Sequence record: PZ379182.1
Reading direction: 5' to 3' (one strand)
DNA length: 46,134 bases
Source: a phage
Below, piece by piece: positions 36,620 through 44,050 of the stretch. How positions within the stretch are numbered: position 1 is the stretch's first letter; each line of letters begins with the position of its first letter. The notes beneath the pieces were generated by a model. The model made no database searches. It was not told where the DNA came from and was given only the letters and a program-made list of their open reading frames with translations. Position numbers and translations under genes: made by a program.

Positions 36620-36628
36620 ATTATATCA
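36620..36628 (-). promoter_or_regulatory. extended -10 promoter element (TGATATAAT) upstream of terS
   Basis: Minus strand TGATATAAT about 25 nt upstream of the terS RBS, just downstream of a terminator. Confidence 0.4.
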
Positions 36629-36638
36629 TATAGCAAAC

Positions 36639-36664
36639 GAAAAAAAGCCCTCAAGAAGAGGGCG
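36639..36664 (-). terminator. intrinsic terminator upstream of the packaging genes
   Basis: Minus strand GCCCTC-TTCTT-GAGGGC followed by TTTTTTT. Confidence 0.7.
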
Positions 36665-36716
36665 AAGTATCGAACAACAACGAGAGATATGAAACAAACA
36701 GAGAGTAGAACTTCTT

Positions 36717-36905
36717 TTACTTTCGCTCACGAACGTAAGCTACTAGGAATTTGTGGTAATCCGGGTCGGCACCAGACATTACCTTAACTTTCGCTACTGC
36801 TTCCTCTGAGGACTTAGCAGTAACCGACGCGATAAATTCTTGAGTGCAACTTTTGCAACTACGACCCATTAATCGGATTGAAAGCTTAACATCCCAGAGC
36901 TGCAT
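36717..36905 (-). CDS. hypothetical protein (possibly the C-terminal part of the 36886..37098 gene)
   Basis: 62-aa ORF; one fewer A in the AAAAAA run would fuse both ORFs into about 131 aa. Confidence 0.4.
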   Translation of the reverse strand: MQLWDVKLSIRLMGRSCKSCTQEFIASVTAKSSEEAVAKVKVMSGADPDYHKFLVAYVRERK

Positions 36906-37098
36906 TTTTTATCTTCCCGCTCTGATTGCTATAGTTTTGAGTTTCTCTTTCAAGCTCGAGATAACATTTAATATCCGCGCTAACTGAAACCCCGCCAATC
37001 ACACCCTTTAAGCATTTATGTTCACGGTCAAGTGTTGCGTTGAATTTTTGGGAAGTGCCGCTTTCAATATCTTTTACGATGATTGTTACTTTTTTCAT
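36886..37098 (-). CDS. hypothetical protein
   Basis: 70-aa ORF; overlaps the next ORF by 20 nt across an A6 run. Confidence 0.4.
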   Translation of the reverse strand: MKKVTIIVKDIESGTSQKFNATLDREHKCLKGVIGGVSVSADIKCYLELERETQNYSNQSGKIKNAALGC

Positions 37099-37129
37099 TT
37101 AATCCCCCAGGATTATTGGTTTCTTAATT

Positions 37130-37205
37130 TGGTGTTCCGCACTGGACTCGAACCAGTAACTAAGACTTAGGAGGTCTTTGCGTTATCCTGTTACGCCAGC
37201 AGAAC
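37130..37205 (-). tRNA. tRNA-Arg (anticodon CCU, reads AGG)
   Basis: 76 nt folded by eye: acceptor GTTCTGC/GCGGAAC (one G-U), D-arm GCGT/ACGC, anticodon stem AAGAC/GTCTT with loop CUCCUAA, T-arm ACTGG-TTCGAGT-CCAGT, encoded CCA. Confidence 0.8.
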
Positions 37206-37393
37206 AAATCCTTGAGTAGCGATTGCGCTATTGAAGGATTGCTGGTTACGCTTCCAGCGTCGAGTTTCTCGACCGATTTCGCCATATACGCTGCTTAGTG
37301 AGCTATGGACTTTGTGTTGCGCTCCGTGCGCCGTTGCCACTTGGTGGCCTCGTCTGTCTACAGTTGTTAATGTACCAGTCAGGGTTAGATGTG

Positions 37394-37591
37394 TCAACTT
37401 ACTCTTTCGAATTTCCCATAATTCTGGTCATACGGGTAGTCAATGCTCACCAATTCGCCATTATCGCTGTAGCAGAATACGTGGCCAGTCTTCGATACCT
37501 TTTCGACCTGGTAATCGCATCCATCCATGAAGTCATCCGATGCCGCCTTTGTGCACTTGATAGCATCGCCTTTCTTAATAATTTTATTCAT
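37394..37591 (-). CDS. hypothetical protein
   Basis: Track ORF 37394..37594; ATG preceded by GAGGAG. Confidence 0.5.
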   Translation of the reverse strand: MNKIIKKGDAIKCTKAASDDFMDGCDYQVEKVSKTGHVFCYSDNGELVSIDYPYDQNYGKFERVS

Positions 37592-38390
37592 CAAAACTCC
37601 TCAGTTATAAGCATCTTGCCACAATCTTTGCACTCGTAGAATGCACATGCTTTCACCAACTAATAGACTTGGTTTTGTTGACTCGTGGTACTTGCATCGT
37701 TTAGCGCTTTAATGTCAAAATCGTTAATGATTTGATGTGAACACGTAAACGTAGCGATGCTTGTGATTGATTTCTTTATTATTCATAAAGGCTATTCCCA
37801 TTCTGATCATGGCCTACGCGACATTTTCTATAACCAGCAATCCACACAAATTTGTCTCGAGCAATTAGTGTCGAAACCGGCCCCCACACTTGAGTAATCA
37901 GCGCTGCCACTACCTTATCATCTTTCTTCTTTGCGCCCAAGTTTGCCGTATTCGTCATTCAGCTTATCAGCCTGTCGCTTGACTGCGTTAAAGTATGCGT
38001 CGTCTAATCCGAACATTATTCATCATCCTCCTCGCATGCTATGAGACTATCGCAATTATCACGGCATCGCAAATGCCTTTGGTGCTTTAGCTATTCGTGG
38101 CTGTAAATCAAGTCAGCAATGACTTAACAAATTCGATCTGGAGTAACCATCTCATTCGCTTCGTATGGCTCTATGCAATCTCTTCGTTGTATGAATGAGT
38201 TGAACGTTATCATGGCAAATCCGATGCGCTGTCATGCAATTACGCAATTCGTGCGTATGCCATTTCTTATCTTCACGCTCTTTCCATAGATTTCAGTTAG
38301 CTCGTAAGTACATTCATGGCATCTTCGCCAGTCTTAGCCTCATCCATGCATCCGTGCAGGCCCACTGGCTTGGTGTTTCGTAGTTATCCA

Positions 38391-38516
38391 TTAGTAAACA
38401 AGAGCCTCGTGGTTTGCTATGTAAAGCTCCTCATCGTGCTTGTTTTTAATGAAGTACCCATTGCCATCTTCGCTAGGCTCTGCATAGAATACGTCGCCAT
38501 GCTTTAAGCGCGCCAT
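38391..38516 (-). CDS. hypothetical small protein (41 aa)
   Basis: Read by eye: GGTGAGGA RBS then MARLKHGDVFYAEPSEDGNGYFIKNKHDEELYIANHEALVY; below track cut-off. Confidence 0.3.
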   Translation of the reverse strand: MARLKHGDVFYAEPSEDGNGYFIKNKHDEELYIANHEALVY

Positions 38517-38571
38517 ATAATCATCCTCACCAATGATATACGATCTTAATCATGCAATCACCTCACTTAAA

Positions 38572-38706
38572 TTATAGTTCGTTAGAATCGCTTTTAGCGT
38601 CATCTACGGCTGCTGAAATCATGTAAATAATCATGAAGCCCAATGACCAGAGTAACCATGGCAATGCTTCAACCAGAAATTCACCCATCATTAACCCAGT
38701 ATGCAT
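38572..38706 (-). CDS. small membrane protein (about 44 aa)
   Basis: Track ORF 38572..38760; internal ATG at about 38706 follows GAGGAT; one hydrophobic helix LVEALPWLLWSLGFMIIYMI. Confidence 0.4.
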   Translation of the reverse strand: MHTGLMMGEFLVEALPWLLWSLGFMIIYMISAAVDDAKSDSNEL

Positions 38707-38716
38707 TTCTCTATCC

Positions 38717-39139
38717 TCAGATTTTGTTAATTTGCTCAAACTTCTCAAACCAGAAAACAACTGGATCCTCCACTATGGAGATGAGGCCGAACCGCTCTGC
38801 CGTGCGAAAATTCATGCTGCTCTTACGCCCGCGAGCTACTTGAAGAGACACCTGTTCCCTGAACATTTCAAGGGAATAGCAAGTTTTCATGAGGTTGCAT
38901 GGAGCACATGCAGGGTAAAGGTTTTCCATTCGATCAGCTTGTGGTCGATTAAACTCACCTGTCGCCTTCAGCTTGAAAGTTCCTTTCTCCGCTGCCTTCA
39001 TGCATACCTCAGATTTACGTAGCACCGGTTCAACATGGTCAGCATGCCAGCCTTTCTCAGGTAGTTCACACCCACAATAAGCGCAGCGACCACCGAACTT
39101 GCCCTTCAACTCTTCCCTTTGAGATTTGCTTAATTTCAT
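38717..39139 (-). CDS. HNH endonuclease (zinc-ribbon type)
   Basis: 140 aa; CAYCGC...H..H...CAPCN motif arrangement. Confidence 0.8.
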   Translation of the reverse strand: MKLSKSQREELKGKFGGRCAYCGCELPEKGWHADHVEPVLRKSEVCMKAAEKGTFKLKATGEFNRPQADRMENLYPACAPCNLMKTCYSLEMFREQVSLQVARGRKSSMNFRTAERFGLISIVEDPVVFWFEKFEQINKI

Positions 39140-39149
39140 TTTATAAACC

Positions 39150-39329
39150 TTAAATTTTATTCAATTGATCAAGAATCTCGAAAGCCAGTTCTCGAGCTTG
39201 CTCTTCATTTAAGTGGATAGTATGAACCTTAGGTTCATCATGCAAACCGAAAGCCTGGGCGATGATAAATGTTGTGTAACCATCGAAGTTGTTAGCCTGG
39301 AGCTTAGGGTTACTTTGCTGTAATTTCAT
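39150..39329 (-). CDS. hypothetical protein (about 59 aa)
   Basis: ORF read by eye (MKLQQSNPKLQANNFDGYTTFIIAQAFGLHDEPK...); start overlaps upstream stop. Confidence 0.35.
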   Translation of the reverse strand: MKLQQSNPKLQANNFDGYTTFIIAQAFGLHDEPKVHTIHLNEEQARELAFEILDQLNKI

Positions 39330-39544
39330 TCTTCGACCACCTTGTACTCGCCTTCTTCAAAACTAACCATCTGTCCTATTGATACTAACTCAGTATCACG
39401 AATCGCTCGAGCTGATAAGCTACCACACCCGAACCGACCGGTTACTTCTAATACGTCACCAACTCTTAAACCCGCATGTGCTTCAAGCTGTCAGAACGCC
39501 TTACTTCTGGTATGTAGTTCACGTCGATGAATTTTAATTTTCAT
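39326..39544 (-). CDS. hypothetical protein with an in-frame TGA at codon 18
   Basis: MKIKIHRRELHTRSKAF-TGA-QLEAHAGLRVGDVLEVTGRFGCGSLSARAIRDTELVSIGQMVSFEEGEYKVVEE read in one frame; coordinates approximate. Confidence 0.3.
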
Positions 39545-39770
39545 ATCTATACTCCATCTCGTTGTCGATGTGGTAATTATGCCGGATTTCTCCGGCAATT
39601 GTTTATGCAATGTCATGCTATTCACCGAGTTTCATCACGAAGAACATAACACTCAACACCTCTTCAAGAACGTCCAGCTGAGATTTCGCATCATTCGTAA
39701 TACTCATAAGCTCGAATATGCTTAACGCTGTTGAATTTTCCTGTATAGCTCATGTCCTGAACGTAATAAA

Positions 39771-40004
39771 TCATTTCTTTGTCGCCTTATCCCAGTTAGT
39801 GAGGTAGCCAGCATTCTGGATGCTTAGAGCTTCGTACTGGCGAGATGACTCGAAGTCTGATACGTCGAACTGCTGGTTGTTGATTTGTGCGCCAGTCTCT
39901 TTTACGACACGCATCTGCTCAAAGGTCAGCGTTGAATGCATTTGCTTCATGATGATTGATTTAAGGATTGCTGCATCTTTCTCTGACAGGTTAATTGTAA
40001 TCAT
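39771..40004 (-). CDS. hypothetical protein
   Basis: 77-aa ORF in the leftward early series. Confidence 0.45.
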   Translation of the reverse strand: MITINLSEKDAAILKSIIMKQMHSTLTFEQMRVVKETGAQINNQQFDVSDFESSRQYEALSIQNAGYLTNWDKATKK

Positions 40005-40234
40005 TTCGTTTGTTCCAGGTAAGTTTTCATCTTGTTCAGTGAGTCTATTGCGTCATCAAGGTCTGTAATTACGTCCTTGTGGCCTCGTAAACCCATGCAT
40101 AGAAGCTTTTTGATTGCATGCTGACACGCCGGGTCTGTAACGTTGAACGCTGATAGCGTGCGATACACATCAACAATAGCACGCTCGCCATTAAGCCCGA
40201 TAATCTCTCTTTCATATTTGCTCCTTTCCATCAC
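40001..40234 (-). CDS. hypothetical protein
   Basis: 77-aa ORF; stop/start overlap with the downstream gene. Confidence 0.45.
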   Translation of the reverse strand: MMERSKYEREIIGLNGERAIVDVYRTLSAFNVTDPACQHAIKKLLCMGLRGHKDVITDLDDAIDSLNKMKTYLEQTK

Positions 40235-40307
40235 ATCCTCTTTTGCTTTGCTTCAATAAGGCCACTATATCAAATGGCCTTGCGGAAGGTTTAGCAATTC
40301 GTGCTAT

Positions 40308-40493
40308 TCAAAACTTAACATCAATTATGACTTCAACCATCTCCTGCCCAAGCCGGTAGGAGTCGCCCCAAAGAAGTAGTCCCATAAACTCATCCTTACT
40401 AAAAGTGTTGGCATTTACAGTTCTAAGATAGCCACGATGGATAACAGTATCGCCAATCTTAACTTCGCTCTTATGTACCATTTTAGTTTTCAT
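40308..40493 (-). CDS. hypothetical protein
   Basis: 61-aa ORF; stop immediately precedes a cassette motif copy. Confidence 0.45.
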   Translation of the reverse strand: MKTKMVHKSEVKIGDTVIHRGYLRTVNANTFSKDEFMGLLLWGDSYRLGQEMVEVIIDVKF

Positions 40494-40548
40494 GCTGTTT
40501 CTCCAGTTGTCTTATTGAGGCACCCCGCGAGATGCCTTGTAAGATAAC

Positions 40549-40737
40549 TCAGTAGCAGGTAGCCAGGAAGTCGGCGATACCTTTTGAGGTTGCTTCCGGC
40601 ATACTACGTACTGCAACATCGTAACCAGCCTCAACCTTTGCAATCGCTGACTCTTCGTTGTATCCGAACATTGTCAGGATGGTGATTACGTTTTCTTTAT
40701 TCAGGACTTTAAGTTCTTTAGTGATGCGCTTAGCCAT
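40549..40737 (-). CDS. hypothetical protein
   Basis: Track ORF 40549..40809; ATG at about 40737 follows AAGGA and lies downstream of cassette copy 40745-40821. Confidence 0.45.
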   Translation of the reverse strand: MAKRITKELKVLNKENVITILTMFGYNEESAIAKVEAGYDVAVRSMPEATSKGIADFLATCY

Positions 40738-40744
40738 TTTCGTT

Positions 40745-40821
40745 TTCCTTTGTGCCTCTCGTTTCGATGAGATAATTATGCCATCCATGGCATTATATGC
40801 GTTAGGCAAAAAGTGCTATTT
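40745..40821 (-). promoter_or_regulatory. intergenic cassette copy
   Basis: Minus strand AAATAGCACTTTTTGCCTAA, TGCCATGGATGGCA hairpin, CATAATTATCTCATCGAAACGAGAGG. Confidence 0.55.
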
Positions 40822-40926
40822 CCATTCAGTAGTAATTTAGCTTTCCGATATAAATCCATAGCCACCCCAACCTCATCCTCATCCTCACTGTACCGCGGAT
40901 GGTATGGTAGTAGACTACCATACCCA

Positions 40927-41448
40927 CTATTTAGTCTCCTTAATCATTTCTTGGTATGCGTTAATCATTGATACTGCACCCTTAAGTTCATCACCTTCAA
41001 GACCAGCGACGCTTGGTGATAGTTTCAACAATCGAGCCTTGAACCTTTCAATGGTAGCCGCCTCCTTCTCTTGCTCTGCTTTGCTTCTTGAGCCGGATTT
41101 TACAGCGCCAGGAACCAGGCTAAGTGATGCGCAGTATGTCTCACTCTCGCCCTCAAAGTCGGTAAAACTAAGTGAGAACCTTGAGCGCACGTCAGCCGCC
41201 TTAATCTCAGGCATTCGGCTTACGGTGTTTGAAACGTATGACGCTTTTAGTTTTGGCATGTGGTATTCACCACCAGGTAGAAACTCCTCACCACTTAGCG
41301 ATACGAACGTCTCACGACTCATGCCGAAGTATTGACGAGCAATCATGGTCACAGGGACTGTGCACACTTTGTCTTCTGACTTGAGCGCCTGACTCGCCAT
41401 GTATCGAATGATTTCACCCAAACTTACTGCTTCTTTATGTTCTGACAT
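40927..41448 (-). CDS. hypothetical protein, first gene of the long leftward operon
   Basis: 173-aa ORF; AGGAG RBS 8 nt before the ATG. Confidence 0.55.
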   Translation of the reverse strand: MSEHKEAVSLGEIIRYMASQALKSEDKVCTVPVTMIARQYFGMSRETFVSLSGEEFLPGGEYHMPKLKASYVSNTVSRMPEIKAADVRSRFSLSFTDFEGESETYCASLSLVPGAVKSGSRSKAEQEKEAATIERFKARLLKLSPSVAGLEGDELKGAVSMINAYQEMIKETK

Positions 41449-41545
41449 ATTCGTTACTCCTGATTGGTTGCTCTTCGTTAAGATGAAACCATGGTATCAT
41501 GAATATACGCGTTATCAAGTGTTATGTTGTGTTTATATCTGCATT

Positions 41546-41785
41546 GGTTACGCTTTTTGACCTCTCAGCCCAGCTATAGCTGGTGTAATTACCCTGTGTA
41601 AGATTTTACGCGGATTCGCCGGGGGTATGCATATGTATCTATATAGATAAAATTAGTAGTTTTCATAGAAAAACTATCGACCCATCCATACGACCAATCT
41701 ACACCATATACATACATATATATAATAATAATAATAATATAGTAAAAGGTTGATATATATAGATATTATTATGTAACCATTGCGT
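41546..41785. repeat. AT-rich regulatory/origin-like module, copy 2
   Basis: GTTACGCTTTTTGACC, perfect 14-bp palindrome CCAGCTATAGCTGG at 41570-41583, (ATA/TAA)n at 41715-41740, core GGTTGATATATATAGATATTATTATGTAAC at 41748-41777. Confidence 0.7.
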
Positions 41786-42295
41786 AATCTAGCGTGGTAG
41801 GCGTGTATGATTCTTCGGAAGCGCACCTCATATACACACCATAACTTCGATAACGTGTATATCCAAATTGGCTCAGCAAGAATCAAAATCAACTTGTATG
41901 GTAGTCCATCCACCATTCATTCACCCCACATCGATCATTGCAAATTCTGCAACAATCAAAAACATCATTGCATTCGATGCAATATTGCTATATGTGCAAT
42001 AATGAGATGAATCATTGCAATAGCTGCAACAATCTATAAATCCAACGAATAGCACTTTTTGCTAATGCACAATCATTAGTAAGTTGCTACTATGTATTCA
42101 TCGAAACGGTGCTGGACTCTGAGTCACTTCCGAAAGGAACCAAAAGAGTGAACGACACCGCGCAATGTGAGGAAGCGTTACCTTACCCACCAAAGCGCCT
42201 TGCGGGTCCTTTTGATAGGATGCCGGGCCGGGTTTAAAATCCCGAGTTGTAGTGAGTACGTTGAAGAGATTTCGATAACAAGAAAACATAGAGAG

Positions 42296-42466
42296 ATGAC
42301 AGTGATGACAGAAAAAACAGTTGGTTACAGTTACAGTAATGGTCATTGGGTTGTTGAGTTAAAAGGGTTTCACAAGTACCCAAAATTAAGTTTCTTCATG
42401 ACAGAAGATGATGCAAAGTCTTGGGTTCAGGTTCTTAAAGAAAGGTGGTTTAAAAATGAAACTTAA
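42296..42466 (+). CDS. hypothetical protein (first rightward early gene)
   Basis: Track ORF 42167..42466; first ATG at about 42296 after a long leader. Confidence 0.4.
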   Translation: MTVMTEKTVGYSYSNGHWVVELKGFHKYPKLSFFMTEDDAKSWVQVLKERWFKNET

Positions 42467-42641
42467 AGACGAAGCATTTGAGCAATTAAAGCAGGAATGT
42501 GCGCTGACTGGATTGAACAGTGACTATACTGATATGGTTTTACGCGGACGCATCGATATCGACCTTGCTAAGCAATTCCAGTCAGATGATGAATATCTGT
42601 GCTGCGATGGCCTTGGCTGCGACGAATGTTTACCCTGGTAA
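42456..42641 (+). CDS. hypothetical small protein with C-terminal Cys cluster
   Basis: Track ORF 42408..42641; ATG at 42456 follows GGTGG; CCDGLGCDEC at C-terminus. Confidence 0.45.
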   Translation: MKLKDEAFEQLKQECALTGLNSDYTDMVLRGRIDIDLAKQFQSDDEYLCCDGLGCDECLPW

Positions 42642-42652
42642 GGAGCCGAATA

Positions 42653-42844
42653 ATGAAAGTTAAGTGCTTAAATAATCTTAATGATGGAACCTGGGAATTC
42701 AGTAGTGGAAAGCATTACAGTTATGATGAAATTTATGGTTACGTAGTTGGTGATAACTTCAAGCCAGTTTACTGCTACATTGAAAATGGCCTTGTTATTG
42801 CCGCTGTTAAGCGTCGATTGATTTTTGAAATTTTAGAGGATTAA
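42653..42844 (+). CDS. hypothetical protein
   Basis: Track ORF 42599..42844; ATG at 42653 follows AAGGAG. Confidence 0.45.
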   Translation: MKVKCLNNLNDGTWEFSSGKHYSYDEIYGYVVGDNFKPVYCYIENGLVIAAVKRRLIFEILED

Positions 42845-42845
42845 C

Positions 42846-43049
42846 ATGAAACTTCTTTGCACTAACATAATTAAAGACTTTAACGACGCCTTCAATAAGG
42901 GCTCTGAATACAACGCTACCGAGTTTAAAGATGATATGTGCCTTGTTACCGGCGAACGTCCACACAAGCATCACGACACGTTCCAGGCGCTTAAATGCCT
43001 TGATTACGTAATCATCCACGGCATCGCAACTTTTAAGGTGATTGAATAA
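42846..43049 (+). CDS. hypothetical protein
   Basis: 67-aa ORF; GAGGA RBS. Confidence 0.45.
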   Translation: MKLLCTNIIKDFNDAFNKGSEYNATEFKDDMCLVTGERPHKHHDTFQALKCLDYVIIHGIATFKVIE

Positions 43050-43213
43050 TGCTTTTACCATCTGATATAAACTATTTCGATCTGGAAATAATTAGTGCTT
43101 ACAGCGGAAAGGGTTGGCCTTGCGGGGACTGGTTTAACGAGGACCTGCTTGAGTCTCACGAGATTATGTTGAAGGCAATTGAGAAGGCCAGAAAAAATAG
43201 CACTAATTGCTAA
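43049..43213 (+). CDS. hypothetical protein (about 54 aa)
   Basis: Read by eye; 3' end overlaps a cassette motif and encodes NSTNC, as do two other genes. Confidence 0.35.
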   Translation: MLLPSDINYFDLEIISAYSGKGWPCGDWFNEDLLESHEIMLKAIEKARKNSTNC

Positions 43214-43270
43214 AACTCACCGCCACGGATGGCGTATATTTACTCCATCGAAACGAAAGAGAGCAAGAGA
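43193..43270 (+). promoter_or_regulatory. intergenic cassette copy
   Basis: AAAATAGCACTAATTGCTAAAA, CGCCACGGATGGCG hairpin, TATATTTACTCCATCGAAACGAAAGAGAG. Confidence 0.6.
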
Positions 43271-43272
43271 TC

Positions 43273-43392
43273 ATGTTCGACAACTTTTATGACGAGATGG
43301 AAGAGGCGGTTTTCATGGCGTCGCTAGATGGTAAGATTTACGGTTTAGTTCAGAAGTTTGATAAGATTGTTGTGCGTATTGTGCGCAAATAA
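43273..43392 (+). CDS. hypothetical small protein
   Basis: Track ORF 43207..43392 begins at TTG inside the cassette; ATG at 43273 follows the conserved CGAAACGAAAGAGAG box. Confidence 0.35.
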   Translation: MFDNFYDEMEEAVFMASLDGKIYGLVQKFDKIVVRIVRK

Positions 43393-43433
43393 GTACCAAA
43401 CAAATTCATGTGGAAAACTAAGAGATTAAAATA

Positions 43434-43823
43434 ATGACTACTACGATAACCAAAAATTTCATTAGCAACGACAACAAGCTATTTAAAGCTCGCGTTAAAA
43501 AGATTCACCAGTGGGTTAACGGTGTCGCTGAGGAAGTTGAATTTGAGCAAATCAAAAAAGACGGCAAATGGATCAACCTGGAAGAACGTGGAAAATACAT
43601 TAAAACCAAAACTCTTTACTGCACAAAGGTTAACCATAAGTCTGGCGTTAAGAAAGACTTCAAAGAAGGTAAGCGATACCAGGTCAACATGCATAGCGGA
43701 CTTGGTCAGTCAGCTGGATACATTTACGATGAAGATGGCAACGCCTGGCAGCTATATCGCAGCGAAGATGTTGGCTTTTATACGTTGTGTGAAACTTACC
43801 ACTTTGAGGCTCAATACAAATGA
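43434..43823 (+). CDS. hypothetical protein
   Basis: 129-aa ORF. Confidence 0.5.
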   Translation: MTTTITKNFISNDNKLFKARVKKIHQWVNGVAEEVEFEQIKKDGKWINLEERGKYIKTKTLYCTKVNHKSGVKKDFKEGKRYQVNMHSGLGQSAGYIYDEDGNAWQLYRSEDVGFYTLCETYHFEAQYK

Positions 43824-43990
43824 AATTATACATTGTAAGTGGTTGCACACACTATGATGGAAGCGAAGTGATTGCCGCTTTCGATGAAGAATTCAAAGCA
43901 CAGGAGTTTAAATATAACAAAGAAATATCTTCAGAAAATCACTTTGACTACTACAAGATAGATTGCATCTTACTAAATAGCACTAATTGA
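43820..43990 (+). CDS. hypothetical protein (about 56 aa)
   Basis: Read by eye; ATGA overlap with upstream stop; ends in a cassette motif variant. Confidence 0.3.
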   Translation: MKLYIVSGCTHYDGSEVIAAFDEEFKAQEFKYNKEISSENHFDYYKIDCILLNSTN

Positions 43991-44050
43991 TAATGCATTA
44001 TAAGCGGCTATTGATATAATGGCCGCTCAGAAACAATGCGGAGAGAAGTA

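Noticed and set aside
37191-37397. ORF 37191..37397 (-) overlapping the tRNA
   Set aside because: Begins at a TTG overlapping the upstream stop and terminates inside the tRNA-Arg structure; considered a chance ORF
39342-39530. ORF 39342..39530 (+)
   Set aside because: Antisense to a minus-strand small gene with an RBS and a protein-like translation; the plus ORF begins at a TTG and gives a Ser/Pro/Thr-rich low-complexity product
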